A DNA stretch of 64,000 nt from Mustelus asterias (Eukaryota). The stretch spans positions 372,001-436,000 of the forward strand of contig NW_027590163.1 in NCBI RefSeq assembly GCF_964213995.1, read 5' to 3'. Shown piece by piece: positions 35,691 through 49,125 of the stretch. Both the position numbers and the translations under genes were made by a program. A model generated the notes under the pieces. It was not told the origin of the DNA. It searched no databases and worked only from the letters and a program-made list of their open reading frames with translations. Numbering within the stretch: position 1 is the stretch's first letter; the number at the start of each line of letters is the position of its first letter.

Positions 35691-37924
35691 AATTCCATAT
35701 CCACATGACTAATTCGCAGCAATTGTGATTAGCTTTGGGCTTTCAAATAAAATGAGCGGCATGGACAAGTTGGGCCGACGGACCAGTTTCCATGCTGTAA
35801 ACCTCTATGACTCTAAGTGTTGCGAAACTGCAAAATACTGCATCACGTGAGCATACTTGCTTAATGTGTTAAGCCTTGAACAGGGTATATGGTAGTAGGT
35901 GTTGTTCAGTTTGGAACAGTATATTTAGCTGTTGAGATTTATCCAAAATCATGCTTTTTTTGTAATTGGTTAAAGTTATGCTAATTATCATATTATCTGT
36001 TAACTGTGTACTTAAATAAACTTTGTTTGATAAAAGATCCCGAGTGGGTCATTTGGATCTTACCTGGAGTGAAATATCTTCTACCTACCTGTGCCAAATT
36101 CAATTGGAAAACTTATGGTCTGGGCTGACTTCATAAAACACCTTGGAGTTTCTGGCCTGGATTATAACAGCTGAATATAAAGTGTCATAATCCCAGCTGG
36201 CATTACTGCTAATGGGTGGAAGATTGCAGAACTTTTACGTTTTTCCTTTTTCTTGAAAACGTGAGGAACAGAGTCATAGGACCGCTCATATTTTTTTGAC
36301 AGAAAAAAATAAACATTGAACGTTTCATTATAATCCAATACTTCTTTACTCCCCTCCGAGCTTCACAAATGCGTACTGTTTTCGAAGGTAACACACCACC
36401 TTGAAATTAAATGGCCTATGTCACTCAACCAATCTTTCATGGTGTTCTCCTCAAACTCCCCCCAGATGATTGTCACATGACTATTTTCAACGTCAGAAAA
36501 AGTCATGCTTTCTATCGTTCATTAACAATTACCCATTGCATGGATTTTCATCCAGCAAAACTCAAAGAGTTGTTCCCTCTCAAACTATTTAAACATGACA
36601 CTATAAAGGTTTTTAAGCAATGACTTTTACTTTTCGCAGCTTGTTTATTTTTCACGTTACGCTCACTAAGCACACTAACCGTTTAAACTGACCAAAAATC
36701 CGACAGATACAAACACCCTCGTCCAGCATGAAAATAACTAGAGTTTTATTCCTCTTACACAGAAACACAGAATTAAACACACTTAAAACTATACCTTACT
36801 TCTACTATTTAATAATGCAAATATAGATAATTACCGCTGTTTTCCTGAAAAAAAGTAAACTGGAAAAACTAACAACAGACTCAGTGTTCTGTTGTTCAGC
36901 TCAATTCCAGCAGGGAGCTGGCCGAAAGTCAGATTGGGTATTGCAACAAGAATAAGAGTGTTGGTGTGATGCAACAGCCTTGCTTGACCCCAGTCTGAAC
37001 ATGAATTGGGCCTGTGGTGGGTTCGTTGATCAGGATCACACCTTCCATGTCATCGTGGAGCAGGGGGAGGTTGGGGAAAAATCTTTGGAAGAGTGAAATT
37101 TGAGGAGAATTCTCCATAATCCCTGGCGGTTAAAAGTGTCAAAGGGATTGTGGGGTTAAAGAAGACCATATACAAAGTTTGGTGCTATCACCTGCATTTC
37201 TCTTGCAGTTGCCGCGTAGTGAAGATCATGTCCGTTCTTGCCCTTGGTGGACGGAATCCACATTAGGTCCCTGGGTGGAGTGCTTCAGCCACAGGGAGAA
37301 GCCAATAAGGAGGATTCTTGTGATGATTTTCACTGAGGCCAAAACAGGGAAATACCTCCGTAGTTACTGCAGCCGTACTCGTCACCTTTCTTGAAGATGA
37401 CCATGATTGTGTGTGCTTGTTTTCTTCCTTCCGGACAATGGAAGTCAGGTTGTGCATTCGCACCAATAGTGCTTCTCCGCCATGTTCCAATACTTTAGCA
37501 GGGATTTCATCTGCTCAGGATGGCTTGTTGTTCTTTATCTCTTGGATGGCCTTTCCTATCTTGTGCCTGTTAGGTTGTGCTGAGATGGTCATGGGTAATA
37601 TGTTGTGGGATGGAGTCAAGGACACGGACGTTGAAGATACAGTCTGCGTTAAGGTGGCCCTTCCAACGGGCAACGACTGCTTCCGTTTTCTTGATGAGCA
37701 TCTCTCCATTTCTGGCCAGCAGTGGGGTGGGACATTGGGTGATTGGGCTGTAGGTGATCTCAGCTACCTATCACGGTCGTCAGCTCCTGGATCTCCTGCG
37801 CTTTCTCCACGCACCATCTGTTCGCCAGGTCATTTTTTTTTGCTGGGCGTTAGGCTGTACAGCTACTTATTTGCTCTCGAGTTGTGCTGCTCCTGCACGT
37901 TTCGAAATGCCTTGCACTTAATGC

Positions 37925-38305
37925 TGAGAATCATAGAATCCCTACAGTGCAGAAGGAGGCCATTCGGCCGAATGAGTTAGTACCGACTCAGCATCTTAAA
38001 CTCGCCCACCTCTACCCGCCCTTTCGCAGTAACCCCACTCTCTTCCCATTGCCAATCGACATAATCTAGAGAGCTTGGGACATTAGGTGGCAATTTAATG
38101 TTGCCAATCCACTTAACCTGCACATCTTTGGATATTAAGGGGCAAATTAGCATGGCCAATACACGTAACCTGCACATCTTTGGACTTTGAAAGGAAACCA
38201 GAGCACCTGGAGGAAACCCACACAAACATGGCGAGAACGTGCAATCTCCTCACAGACAGCCACCCACGGCCGGAATCGAACTTGGGACCCTATGCCACCC
38301 TGCAC
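37925..38305 (-). mobile_element. HE1/V-SINE-type SINE
   Basis: Reverse-complement core GGAGGAAACCCACACAAACATGGCGAGAACGTGCAA; AGAATCAT tail. Confidence 0.75.
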
Positions 38306-38494
38306 CCTTACCAGCTCTTGGATCTCCTGATCGTTCATTGAGCCAGTCTTGGTGTTTCCTGACCAAGTGACCAAACGTCTCTTTGGAGGTCTTGAGGGCG
38401 GACCTGGCGCTGTGGACACTCTGCATGTCTGGGTCACCAGGAGTCATCGAATTGTCAGTGGGGTGTTGGTTGAATAGGGCTCTCTAGCAGAGTT

Positions 38495-38805
38495 CTTATT
38501 TTTAAAGTTTAATTATTAATGTTATAAGTATGCTTACACTCACACTGCAATGAAGTTTCTGTGAAAATTCCCCAGTCGCCACCCTCTGACTCCAATTTGC
38601 GTACACTGAGGGACAATTGAGCATGGCCAGTGCACATAACCAACACGATTTTCGGACTGTGGGAGAAAACCGGAGCATCTGGAGGAAAACCACGCAGACA
38701 GGGGGAGAACCTGCACACCCCAGGCAGCCAACGACCCAAGCCGGGAATTAATCCTCTGGCTCTGGCAGTGTGAGGTAGTAGTGCTAACCACTGTGTAACT
38801 GTGCC
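38495..38805 (-). mobile_element. HE1/V-SINE-type SINE
   Basis: Same subfamily and 3' end as 4985-5275, inverted. Confidence 0.75.
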
Positions 38806-39119
38806 GTTCTTCAGCGTTAGCTTTTCTGTGGCATTGGTTCTGTTTCTGTCGCTGCTTAGGGGCGACATTGACGTTGATCACAGAGCGGGTTGGACAGTGG
38901 TTTGTCCGGCAGTCATTGGCTCCTCCCATGGCGTGGGTGATACCGTTCATCCTTACTGTCGCTCGCTCGGACAATGACATAGTTGGACAGGTTTCAGTTG
39001 AAGTGAGGCTGTTATCATGTCTCTCCGACGGAACAAGGTGTTTGTTCTGACAAGGCCGTGTTCTAGGCATTTTGTCAGGAGCAGGGCACCGTTGCTGTTT
39101 AATTTCCTTGTGAAATGAA

Positions 39120-39830
39120 GCGATGACAATAATCTCTCCCTCAATGTCAGTAAATCGAAGGAGCGAGTCGTCAACTTCAGGAAAAGTATTTCAGAACATG
39201 TCCCTGGCTACATCAATGATAATGAAGTGGAGATTGTCGAGAACTTCAATTTTCCATGTGTTACGATCACCAACAATCAGTCCTGGTCACACCACGCTGA
39301 TGCGATAGTTAGGAAAGCCCACCAATGTCTCAACTTTCTCAGGGAGCTAACAAATTCAAGTTGTCCACTGCAACTCTCACCAATTTTTAAACATGCACCA
39401 TAGAAAGCAATCTTTCTGAATTTATCGCAGCTTGGTATGGTTCCTGCTCTGACCAAGATTGCAAGAGGTTGTGGACGTAGCCGAGTCCATTACACAAACC
39501 ACCCTCTCATGCGTTGGTTCCGTCTACACTTCCCACTGCCTCAGAAAAGCAGCCAGCATAATCAAGCTCCCCATGTACCCCGGACATCCTCTGTTCCAAC
39601 TTCTTCCATCAGGAAAAAAGATGCAAGTGTCTGCAAACACGTGCCAAAAGACTCAAAAACAGCTTCTTCCCTGTTTGCATCAGACTTTTGAATGGTCCTA
39701 TCTTATATTAAGCTTTTCACCCGAGCTATGAGTGTAACAGTATATTCTTCACCCTCTCCTTTTCATTTCCCCCTTTTTCACTATGAACGGTATGTTTGAC
39801 TGTACAGCACAAGAAGCACTGCTTTCACAT
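39120..39830 (+). mobile_element. Rex1/Babar LINE 3' end
   Basis: Homologous, in opposite orientation, to 61900-62480. Confidence 0.7.
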
Positions 39831-41296
39831 TGGAAGCAGCACACTAGTTCTGGGCGACGTTGACCCGAAGGTTCATGAGGAACTAATTTATCCCGCAAAG
39901 GGAGTCTCTGAGGTGGCAGGCTCCTTTGTTTTTTATGTCAAAGCCAACCCCATAGAGCCAGCGATCTACATCTGGTTTACCTTTCCAGGAGAAAGTGTAA
40001 CCACCAATCTGTTCCTGAAGCTGGCCTTGCCCTGCCCACCGGGCCTCACTTAGGGCAATAATGTCAATGTCGAAATGTCTGAGCTCTCAGCCATGATAAC
40101 AGTACACCATTTCGGTCTGCCCCTGTTGAAGTTGTCCGTGAAGGCCCTGGAATTTCAGATCCAAAACTGCGTTTGCCTTTTGCAAAAATATACTTTATTT
40201 GCTAAATATCTGGTCGGGCATCGCAAACATCCCGAAGTGGCCACAGAGTGCAGTAATATACAGTTTCTCTACATTTCTCGTGTTGCATTCTGAGGTGCTT
40301 CAATACAGTCAAAGAAACATCGCACACATTGCAAAATGGTCATTACCAATGATAAAAAGATAGTTCTGTTCTTTATACTCGGCTCTAGATGGTTGTGACG
40401 GCGTCTGGGTCCCCTTTTCAACCCTTCCAAAAGGTGGCGGTTCATGTCTCTTCTATTCACCCACTTTTCTCAGTGTTTTTCGTGCCAAGATTCCTTCATT
40501 TGTAAAACTCATGAAAGAACATTCTGAACAAAATGGTCATCACACAAAGTGCACTAAGATTCAAGTGATCTGCACAGATCAAGTTGCATTCTGAGGTGCT
40601 TCAATTCAAATGTGATACATGTAATATGAACCGTGTGCATTCACTGTGAATCATAATGCCCGAGTTGTTCTATTCCTTTCCCTATCCTTCAATTCACGAT
40701 GGCTGAAAGGTCTTCCACAGCAACCTTCCCACTTAGCGCATTTGTCATGGATGCCCCTTCCTTTAGTGCATCCCTCAGCAAGCAGTCCTGGCCTCTGGAA
40801 TGTGTGAGTCTGCAACATTCGGACGGGCGCAACACTTGACACTGAGAAACCTCTTTCCCCCCGCTCATTTCACCTTGACTGTTCTATTGTTCCATGGTTT
40901 ATCCATTTCTCATTTTCTAGTCATGGAACATTTACAACTCTCCTGTGCTCTGGCACCACTCCCATATCCACGGAGAATTGAAAGATTGTGATCAGTATAT
41001 CCGCTATTTCCACCATCCCTGTCCTCAGTCAACCTCATACATCCCACCGATACCGAGTAAATGTTTGACTTGATTGTGGTACAAAATGTTTTGGATTGAA
41101 AGTAGTTAAGTGAACTTGTTTGTTCAGTTAGTGTAATAAATGTTAGCCTCCATGGATCCCAACTGTGTCACTGGAGGTTTTCCCACTTCTTTTAACAAGG
41201 GATTATTTTCAATGGAGCATAAACTCAGGAACTCACAGCGCGGCTGAGAGGGAGAGAAGAGATTAGCATCTGAGAATAGATGATAATATTACAACA

Positions 41297-44200
41297 ATGG
41301 CGCAGAATCTAAGCTTACGCAATTCGAATGTTACAACAGTGGATCAGAGTCTGAGAGCAATAGACTGGAATCTTCCCACAATTGATGGAGATTTCCTCTT
41401 GAACATTGTCGACGCCATTGACGTTCAGAAACCATGGGATTACCAGATCAACTATGTAGTGATACGCATTCAAGAGGGATATTATCTCGTCCTGGCTATT
41501 GTTGGCGACCCTGGTAAGTTTCTCCATCCAGTTATTTATTCCATAGACAGTGATGAACTGAATTATTTTTCTGGTTAATTACACTTTGAATAGAATGAAT
41601 TCGTTCTCTTCAGCTCCAGTCACTCATTCCATTGCGAATCTGGCGGCTCCACGCCCCTCTCTGGTTGCTATCAGAGGCTACTCACAACCTACAATCTCCC
41701 TTAGACCCTGACTGGATTTCCAACCCCATATTCTCTCCATCCCAAATCCTGTACGCAACCATCTCAATAATATCAAACATCCCCACTTCTGCCTCAGCCC
41801 AGCACATCCATTGAATAAATCCTCATCTCCGTGCTAATATTCTCATTCTTGGTTTCACTGCAGCAACTAATCCCGTTCCCCTGTCCATTTCCCAGATTCC
41901 TGCAAATCCTTCCCTTCAGGACTTGTCCAATTCCCTGTTTGAAATGAATTTCGTTCTCCCACCTGTCTGCGATATTCACATCCACGTGGTCAAAGTTGCC
42001 AGTTTAAAGAAGCTCAGAAGTAATAGAATGATGTGGGAAGCTCTTACATTTACTTTCGGCTGTCTCCGGTGTGGTACACATGTTGAAGGGGATGTTTTAC
42101 AGCTCTGACACATGTCTTTATAACTTGGTCTGTGCCTGTTCACTGAACACCTGTGTTAGGACATATATTCAGCAACACGACGAACCTCCCCTCTCTTGCT
42201 ATTCTTTAAATATATTTTCATTGAAGTTTTGGAATTTTTACAAATAATGCAACACACCCTCAAACCTGGTCCAGTACAGCTTGATGATTTCCCCATATAT
42301 AAACACGGAAAAGGACAGGAGGAAGACAATATAGTTCATTCAGTACGTTCCGTATGAACAGCGCCTCCACATATACAAAAACACAAGAGCAGACAAGTAA
42401 CAGCATGGCTAAAAGAGGATAAAGCTCAGCAGCCGCCGGGTGTAATATCTTCAAGATGCATTACAATAATTCACGAAAGATCCTTTCCCAGCACCTTCCA
42501 AACCCACGACCACTTCTATCTCGAAGAACCAGATCAGACGGATTTGGAACGTTAACTCAGTTTCACTCAGCACAGATGCTGCAAGAGCTCCTGTGCTTTT
42601 CCTGCATTTTTTGTTTTCATTCTAAATTTTCAGCACCCGCACTGCTATTTTTAAGCAGCGAGCTGGCCAGCGACAGGGAGGCTGGCAGTGCGGGCTTCTT
42701 CACATGGGCCAATATCGGCACTGACAGATCGACGCATGTGCAATGGCCTACTCAGTGTTATGCTGGCGGCCCCACCGGCGGGAATGCTGATTTCAGCGTG
42801 AAGCACATTTGGGCTCTCTGTAGTGCACAGAGTGTGTGCGATTCATTTTGAAACTCCCACTGAAAACACCAGCAGGGTTTGCTCCAGTGTTTCAGTGAAT
42901 TTGTCACTTAGAAATTTTTTTGAACAATAGCCCCCGTGATCTTTTCTGTTCTGCATTTCTAATAATTTAAGTGCATGTTAATTTTCTGGAAATCATCTTT
43001 TCTTATGTGCGTGTCTGTGGGGTTCAGGAATAAGTGATTGTTCCATTTTTCACGTTTTTTAATAAATAAATGTTTATCCTATGAAAGCCTGTTTTTTTGA
43101 CAGTTCTCAGAAATCACTCCTCTGGAGGTTTTAAATACTTCATCGCACAATTGCATCTTGTTGCAGTGAATAAATCAAAGAACAAAGAACAAAGAGAATT
43201 ACAGCACAGGAACAGGCCCTTTGGCCCTCCAAGTCTGCACCGACCATGCTGCCCGACTGAACGAAAACGCCCGACCCTTCCAGGAACCATATCCCTCCAT
43301 TCCCATCCTATTCATGCATTTTTCAAGACGGCCCTTAAAAGCCACCATCGTATCTGCTTCTTCGACCTGCCCCGGCAGCGAGTTCCAGGCATCCACCACC
43401 CTCTGTGTAAAGAACGTGCCTCATACATTTCCTTTAAACCTTGCCCCTCGCACCTTAAACCTATGCCCCGAGTAACTGACTCTTCCACCCTGGGAAAAAG
43501 CTTCTGACTATCCACTCTGTCCATGCCCCTCATAATCTTGCAGACTTTTATCAGGTCTCCCCTCAACCTCCGTCGTTCCAGTGAGAACAATCTACATTAC
43601 TCCAACCTCTCCTCATAGCTGATTCCCTCCGTACCTGGCAACCTCCCGGTAAATCTTTTCTGTACCCTCTCAAATGCCTCCACATCCTTCTGGCAGTGTG
43701 GGGACCCGAATTGAACACTCTATTGCAAGTGCGGCCTAATTAAGGATCTATAAAGCTGCAACACGACTTGCCAATTTTTAAACTCAATGCCCCAAACGAT
43801 GTAGGCAAGCATGCCGTATGCCTTCTTGACTTCTTTCTCCGCCTGTGTTGCCACTTTCAGTGACCTGTGTACCTGTACACATAGATCCCTCTGCCTATCA
43901 ATTCTCTGAAGGGTTCTGCCATTTACTGTATATTTCCGATCTGAATTAGACCTGCCAAAATGCATTGCCTGACATTTGCCCGGGTTAAACTCCATCTGCG
44001 ATCTCTCTGCCCAAGTCTCCAACCGATGTATATCCTACTGTATCATCTGATGGTCCTCATCACTACCTGCACATCCACCAACCTTTCTGTCGTCTGCAAA
44101 CTTACTAATCAAGCCAGTTACACTTTCCTCCAAATTATTTATATATATTACCAACAGCAAAGGTCCTAGCACTGATCCCTGGGGAACGCCGCCTGTCACA

Positions 44201-47200
44201 GCCCCCTATTCAGAAATGCACCCTTCCACTGCTACCCTCTGTCACCTGTGGCAGAGCCAGTTCTGCATCCACCTTGCCAGGTCACCTCTGATCCCATGCG
44301 ACTTCACCTTCTGCACAAGTCTGCCATGAGGGACCTTGTCAATGGCCCTACTGAAGTCCATGTACAAAACATCCACTGCCCTACTCTCACCAATGATCTT
44401 CGTTATTTCCTCGAAAAACTCGATCAAGTTAATGAGACACGACTGCCCCATCACAAAACTATGTTGTCTCTTGCTAACACGTCCAGTTATTTCAATGTGG
44501 GAGTAAATCCTGTCTCGAAGAATCCTCTGCAATAATTTCCCTATCACTAACGTAAGGCTCACAGGCCTGCAATTACCTGGATTATTCTTGCTACTCTTCT
44601 CAAACAAAGGAACAACACTGGCTGTTCTCCAATCCTCTGGGTCCTGTTCGGTAGCCAGTGAGGATACAAACATTTATCTCAAGGCCCCAGCAATTTTCTC
44701 CTTTGCCTCGCTCAATATTCAGGGGTAAATCCCATCGGGCCCTGGGGACTTGTCTACCTCAGTGCTTCTCAAGAACCTTAATTGTTTCTCCTTTTTAATC
44801 ACAAAATGACTCAAACTATCTGCACACCCTTTCTCAGACTCATCATCCACCAAGTCCTTCTCTTTGGTGAATACTGACGCAAAGTACTCATTTAATACCT
44901 CGCCTATGTCCTCTGGCTAAACGCACAGATTCTCTCCCCTGTCCTTGAGAGGGCCAACCCTTTCCATTGCTACCCTCTTGCTCTTTATATATGCATAAAA
45001 AGCCTTGGGATTTTCCTTAATCCTGCTGTGATTTTCTGTGATCCCTTTTCGCCCTCCTTACTCCTTGCTTACGTTTGTTTCCATTTTCCTTGTATTCCAC
45101 ACTTGCCTCGTGTGTTCCCAGCCTCCTAGCCTTGACAAATGCTTGCTTTTTCTCTTTGACTAGGCTCACAATATCTCTCGTTGTCCAAAGTTACCAAAGC
45201 ATACCATTCTTATTCTTCATCCTTTCAGGACTGTGCCAGTCCTGAATCCCTATCAATTTACATTTGAAAGGCTCCCACATGCCAAGTGTTGATTTGCCTT
45301 CAGATATCTGCCCTCAATCTACATTCTTCAGTTCCTGCCTAATAGTGTTGTAATTAGCCTTCCCCCAATTTAGCATCTTAACTTGAGGACTGCACGTATC
45401 TTGGTCCATCAGTACCTGAAAGCTTACTGAATTGTGTTCACTGTTCCAGAACTGCTCCCCTACTGAAACGTCGACTCACTGGCCGGGCTCATTTCCCAAT
45501 ACAAGGTCCAGTACGGCCCCTTCCCGAGTTGGACTATCTACATACTGTTTCAAGAAGCCCTCCTGGATGCTCCTTACAAACCCTGCCTCATCCATGCCCA
45601 GAGCACTAAGTGAGACCCAGTCAATGTAGGTTGTGTTAAAATCTCCCACCACAACAACCATGTTACATTTACACCTTGCCAAATTCTGCCTTCATGTTTG
45701 TTCTTCTATCTCCCGCTGGCTGTTGGGCGCCCTATAGTAAACCCCAACATTGTGACGACTCCCTTCCTATTTCTGAGCTCTACCCATATTGCCTCGCTGC
45801 ATGGGCCTCCGAGCTGTCATCCCGCCGGACAGCTGTGACTTTCTCCTTAATACTTAACTGCTCCACCCCTTTGACGTCCTCCTCTAACCAGCCTGAAACA
45901 TCTATATGCTCAACGTTAAGCTGCCAATCCTGCCCTTACCTTAACCAAGTCTCCGTAATAGCAACAACATCATAATTCCAAGTACTAATCCAAGCCCTAG
46001 GTTCGTCTGCTTCACCTGTTACACTTCTCGCATTGAAAGAAATGCACTTCAGTCCACCAGACCTTCTTTCGTTAGCAACCACACCCTGCTTGCTCTTTTT
46101 CTGAGTCTTAATGGCTCTCTGGTTCCCCTTCAGTTAATTCACCTTTGCTTTGGTTCCCACTCCCCTGCCAAACTAATTTAAATCGTCCCGTGTGACACGA
46201 GCAAACCTCCCGGCCAGAATATTTATGCCCTTCCAGTTTAGATGCACCCCATCCTTCTTGTAGCGGTCCCACCTGCCCCAGATGCAATCCCAATGGTCCA
46301 GATATCTGAAACCCTACCTCCTACATCAGCTGTTCAGCCACGTGTTCCTATTTCGAGCCTCACTGGGACGTGGCATAGGCAGTAATATTGAGATTACAAC
46401 CCGAGATCGACTGCCTTTTAACTTTCCACTAAACTCCCTGAACTGCTGCTGCGGGACCTCATCGCTCTTCCTACCTATATCGTGAGTATGAATATGTACC
46501 ACAACAACTGGCTGTTTTCCCTCTTCGTTCAGAATGCTTTCTGCCCGTTCAGAGACATCCTGGACCCTGGCACCAGGGAGGCAACATACCATGCAGGAGT
46601 CTCTTTCAAGTCCAAATCAAAATCATTTAAAAATCGTTTCAAATCATTTGGAAAACACATAAATTGTCAACATCTCTCATCTGTCCCTATTAGGCCCATC
46701 ACCCGTGGCCCCTCCCGGTCACCCCAACGCCCCATTTCTCCTGCGTTCTGCATCATCCCTGCATCCCACCACAAACAACAGGATCCCCTGTCACTCGAGA
46801 CTCTCTCCATCACCTCTGGCTCCCTGTGTCATTCCTGCCTCACATTTTTCCGCACGCCCTGAAGTTATTTCATCTATGATTCGTCCCATTGTGTCACAGA
46901 CGTTCCCATTTGTTCTATCAGGGCTGATTATTTTAATACATTACAGCATGTATTAGGACGTCTCAATAACTCCTCAATCAAACTTCTCATTTTGCCAGCA
47001 GCATGATGCATGATTTCATTGTTTATTTCCCTTCTTTACAGTGAACTTAGTCACCATTGTGATCCTCATTCGCAAAAACTGTTGTTTCTCCAGATGTGTC
47101 ACTCGTTACCTGGTGGCCATATCATTGGCGGATCTACTGGTTATTATCCTCGACCTGATATTGAGACACATTCCGATTGTTTTTGATGAACAGTTTCCTT

Positions 47201-47385
47201 TCCTGAAATTCATCCCCGTGTGTAATATCCACGCCATCCTGCTTTATGCAGCCACTGACTCTTCTGTCTGGTTCACCGTCACGTTCACCTTTGATCTATT
47301 TGTGGCTATTTGTTGCCAGAAGCTGAAAAATAAATATTGCAGTGAGAAAACGGCGTCTGTGGTTTTGGGAACAGTGACTGCACTT
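41297..47385 (+). pseudogene. Second GPR139/GPR142-like GPCR, truncated (exon 1 41297-41513, exon 2 from 47042)
   Basis: Exon 1 MAQNLS...IQEGYYLVLAIVGDP+G|GTAAG; acceptor ttctttacag| at 47041; exon 2 (V)NLVTIVILIRKNCCFSRCVTRYLVAISLADLL...FTFDLFVAICCQKLKNKYCSEKTASVVLGTVTA. Homology then stops in TM4; the DRF motif reads DLF. Confidence 0.85.
43175..46610 (-). mobile_element. Long degenerate CR1 (esterase part of ORF1 to 3' tail) in GPCR intron
   Basis: MVCCLPGARVQDVSER, VVGDFN...PTREGAVLDLVLGNEPGQ, YMDFSRAIDKVPH, FSLERRRLRGDLI; many stops and frameshifts. Confidence 0.9.
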
Positions 47386-47589
47386 CCTGAGTTGCTGCAC
47401 AAACACTTTTATTTATACGGTCACCCAGACTAAATTCAGGGAGCAGTTGAAGAATGTGATGAAATATCCCTTTACACAAAGTCATTAAGGGAAGAACTGA
47501 ATCACAAAGAGTTTCCAGATTTTTTTTTTCATTTTCTTTTACATTTCCTGAAACGGGAGAGTACAAACTCGACAGGATCTCCATTGATT

Positions 47590-49125
47590 CATACAGATGT
47601 ACAGTGCAGAAAAGGCTCGTCGGTCCATCAAGTCTGCACCCACAATAACTACCACTCAATTCGCATTACTTACATACTCCTGCACTTGTCTCATATCCTT
47701 GAATGTTATGATGTTTCAAGTTCTCCTCCAAATACCCTTTAAAGGTTGAAAGGTTTCCCGCCTCAATTACCTTCGCAGGCAGTGCATTCCAGATCCTCAC
47801 CATCCACTGAGTATTTTTTAAAATCCCCTCTGAATCCCCTGCCCCTTGCCCAAAAACTACGCTCCCATGTGATTGATCCTAAATCAAGGGGAATAGCTGC
47901 TTCCCATTCAGCATGTCCACACCCCTCATAATCTTACATCCTTCAATGATGTCTCCTCGGCCACCTCTGTTCTCGAACAAAATACCAATCCAAGCCTATT
48001 ATTGCTCAAATGCTCCATTCTTGGCAAAAGCTTGGTGAATATCCTCTGTGGAATAACATCCTTCCATTCTACTCTATGCCACAACTGTTAAAAGCAATTG
48101 TCTGTATGCGTTCCTCAATATCATAAGACCATAAGACCATAAGACATAGGAGCGGAAGTAAGGCCATTCGGCCCATCGAGTCCACTCCACCATTCAATCA
48201 TGGTTGATTTCAACTCCATTTACCCGCTCTCTCCCCATAGCCCTTAATTCCTCGAGAAATCAAGAATTTATCAATTTCTGTCTTGAAGACGCTTAACGTC
48301 TCGGCCTCCACAGCCTTCTGTGGCAATGAATTCCACAGACCTACCACTCTCTGGCTGAAGAAATTTCTCCTCATCTCTGTTCTAAAGTGACTCCCTTTTA
48401 TTCTAAGGCTGTGCCCCCGCGTCCTAGTCTCCCCTGCTAATGGAAACAACTTCCCTACGTCCATCCTATCTAAGCCGTTCATTATCTTGTAAGTTTCTAT
48501 TAGATCTCCCCTCAACCTCCTAAACTCCAATGAATACAATCCCACGATCCTCAGACGTTCATCGTATGTCAGGCCTACCATTCCCGGGATCATCCGTATT
48601 GTATTCATCTGCTCTGCTGTCTTCAAGGCTCCTTGAATAATTAACCCAAGAACCCTCTGTTTCTCTGAGCCTCCTCGTGTCCTGCCATTCATTAAATACT
48701 CCTTTGTCTTGTTACTTCTCCCAAAGAGCATCAGCTCGCACTTATCCGAATTAAATACCATCTGCCACTGCTCTGCTATCTGACCAACACATCTATATCT
48801 TCCTGACAACATCAACCTTTTTCTTTACTCTTAACCGCCCGACCAACCTCGCTTATCATTCCTCTACATTATCATCCAATCACTTGTGTAGATAACAAAT
48901 AATAAGTGTCCCTGCACTGATCTTTGAGATACGCCACGAGACACCCTCTTTCAGCCACTCAAGCAGCCTTCTATGATGATACTTTGTTTACGATTAAAAA
49001 GCCAGTTTTGGATCTGCATTGCAAAGTTTCCCTGAATTCCATGTGCTTCAACCTTGTCAATCGGTTCCCCCATGTGGGTCCTTGTCAAAAGCTTTGCTAA
49101 ACACCATTTAAACTACATTAATTGG
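47590..49125 (-). mobile_element. Old CR1 fragment with a younger CR1 3' end nested at about 48122-48597
   Basis: WQMVFNSDKCELM in the old part; well-preserved RMIPGMVGLTYDERL...GYGERAGKWS and a CATAAGAC tail in the insert. Confidence 0.75.

Larger units (their letters stand above)
36930..40155 (-). mobile_element. Fragmented RTE-clade LINE with nested SINEs and a Rex1 piece
   Basis: Endonuclease pieces at 39830-40155 and 38805-39115 (NSNGALLLTKCLEHGL..NTLF); RT piece VQTGVKQGCCITPTL at about 36960-37010. Confidence 0.7.
23950..40420 (+). repeat. Segmental duplication copy A
   Basis: Colinear homology with copy B: 23950-24460/49135-49600; 24845-25934/50076-52409; 28200-30856/54980-59255; 32790-34100/59255-60930; 39710-40420/61010-61735. 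Confidence 0.85.

Noticed and set aside
40650-41060. Unique-looking sequence upstream of the second GPCR
   Set aside because: The minus strand resembles a highly decayed CR1 ORF2 segment (EIADILITIFQFSVDMGVVPE).
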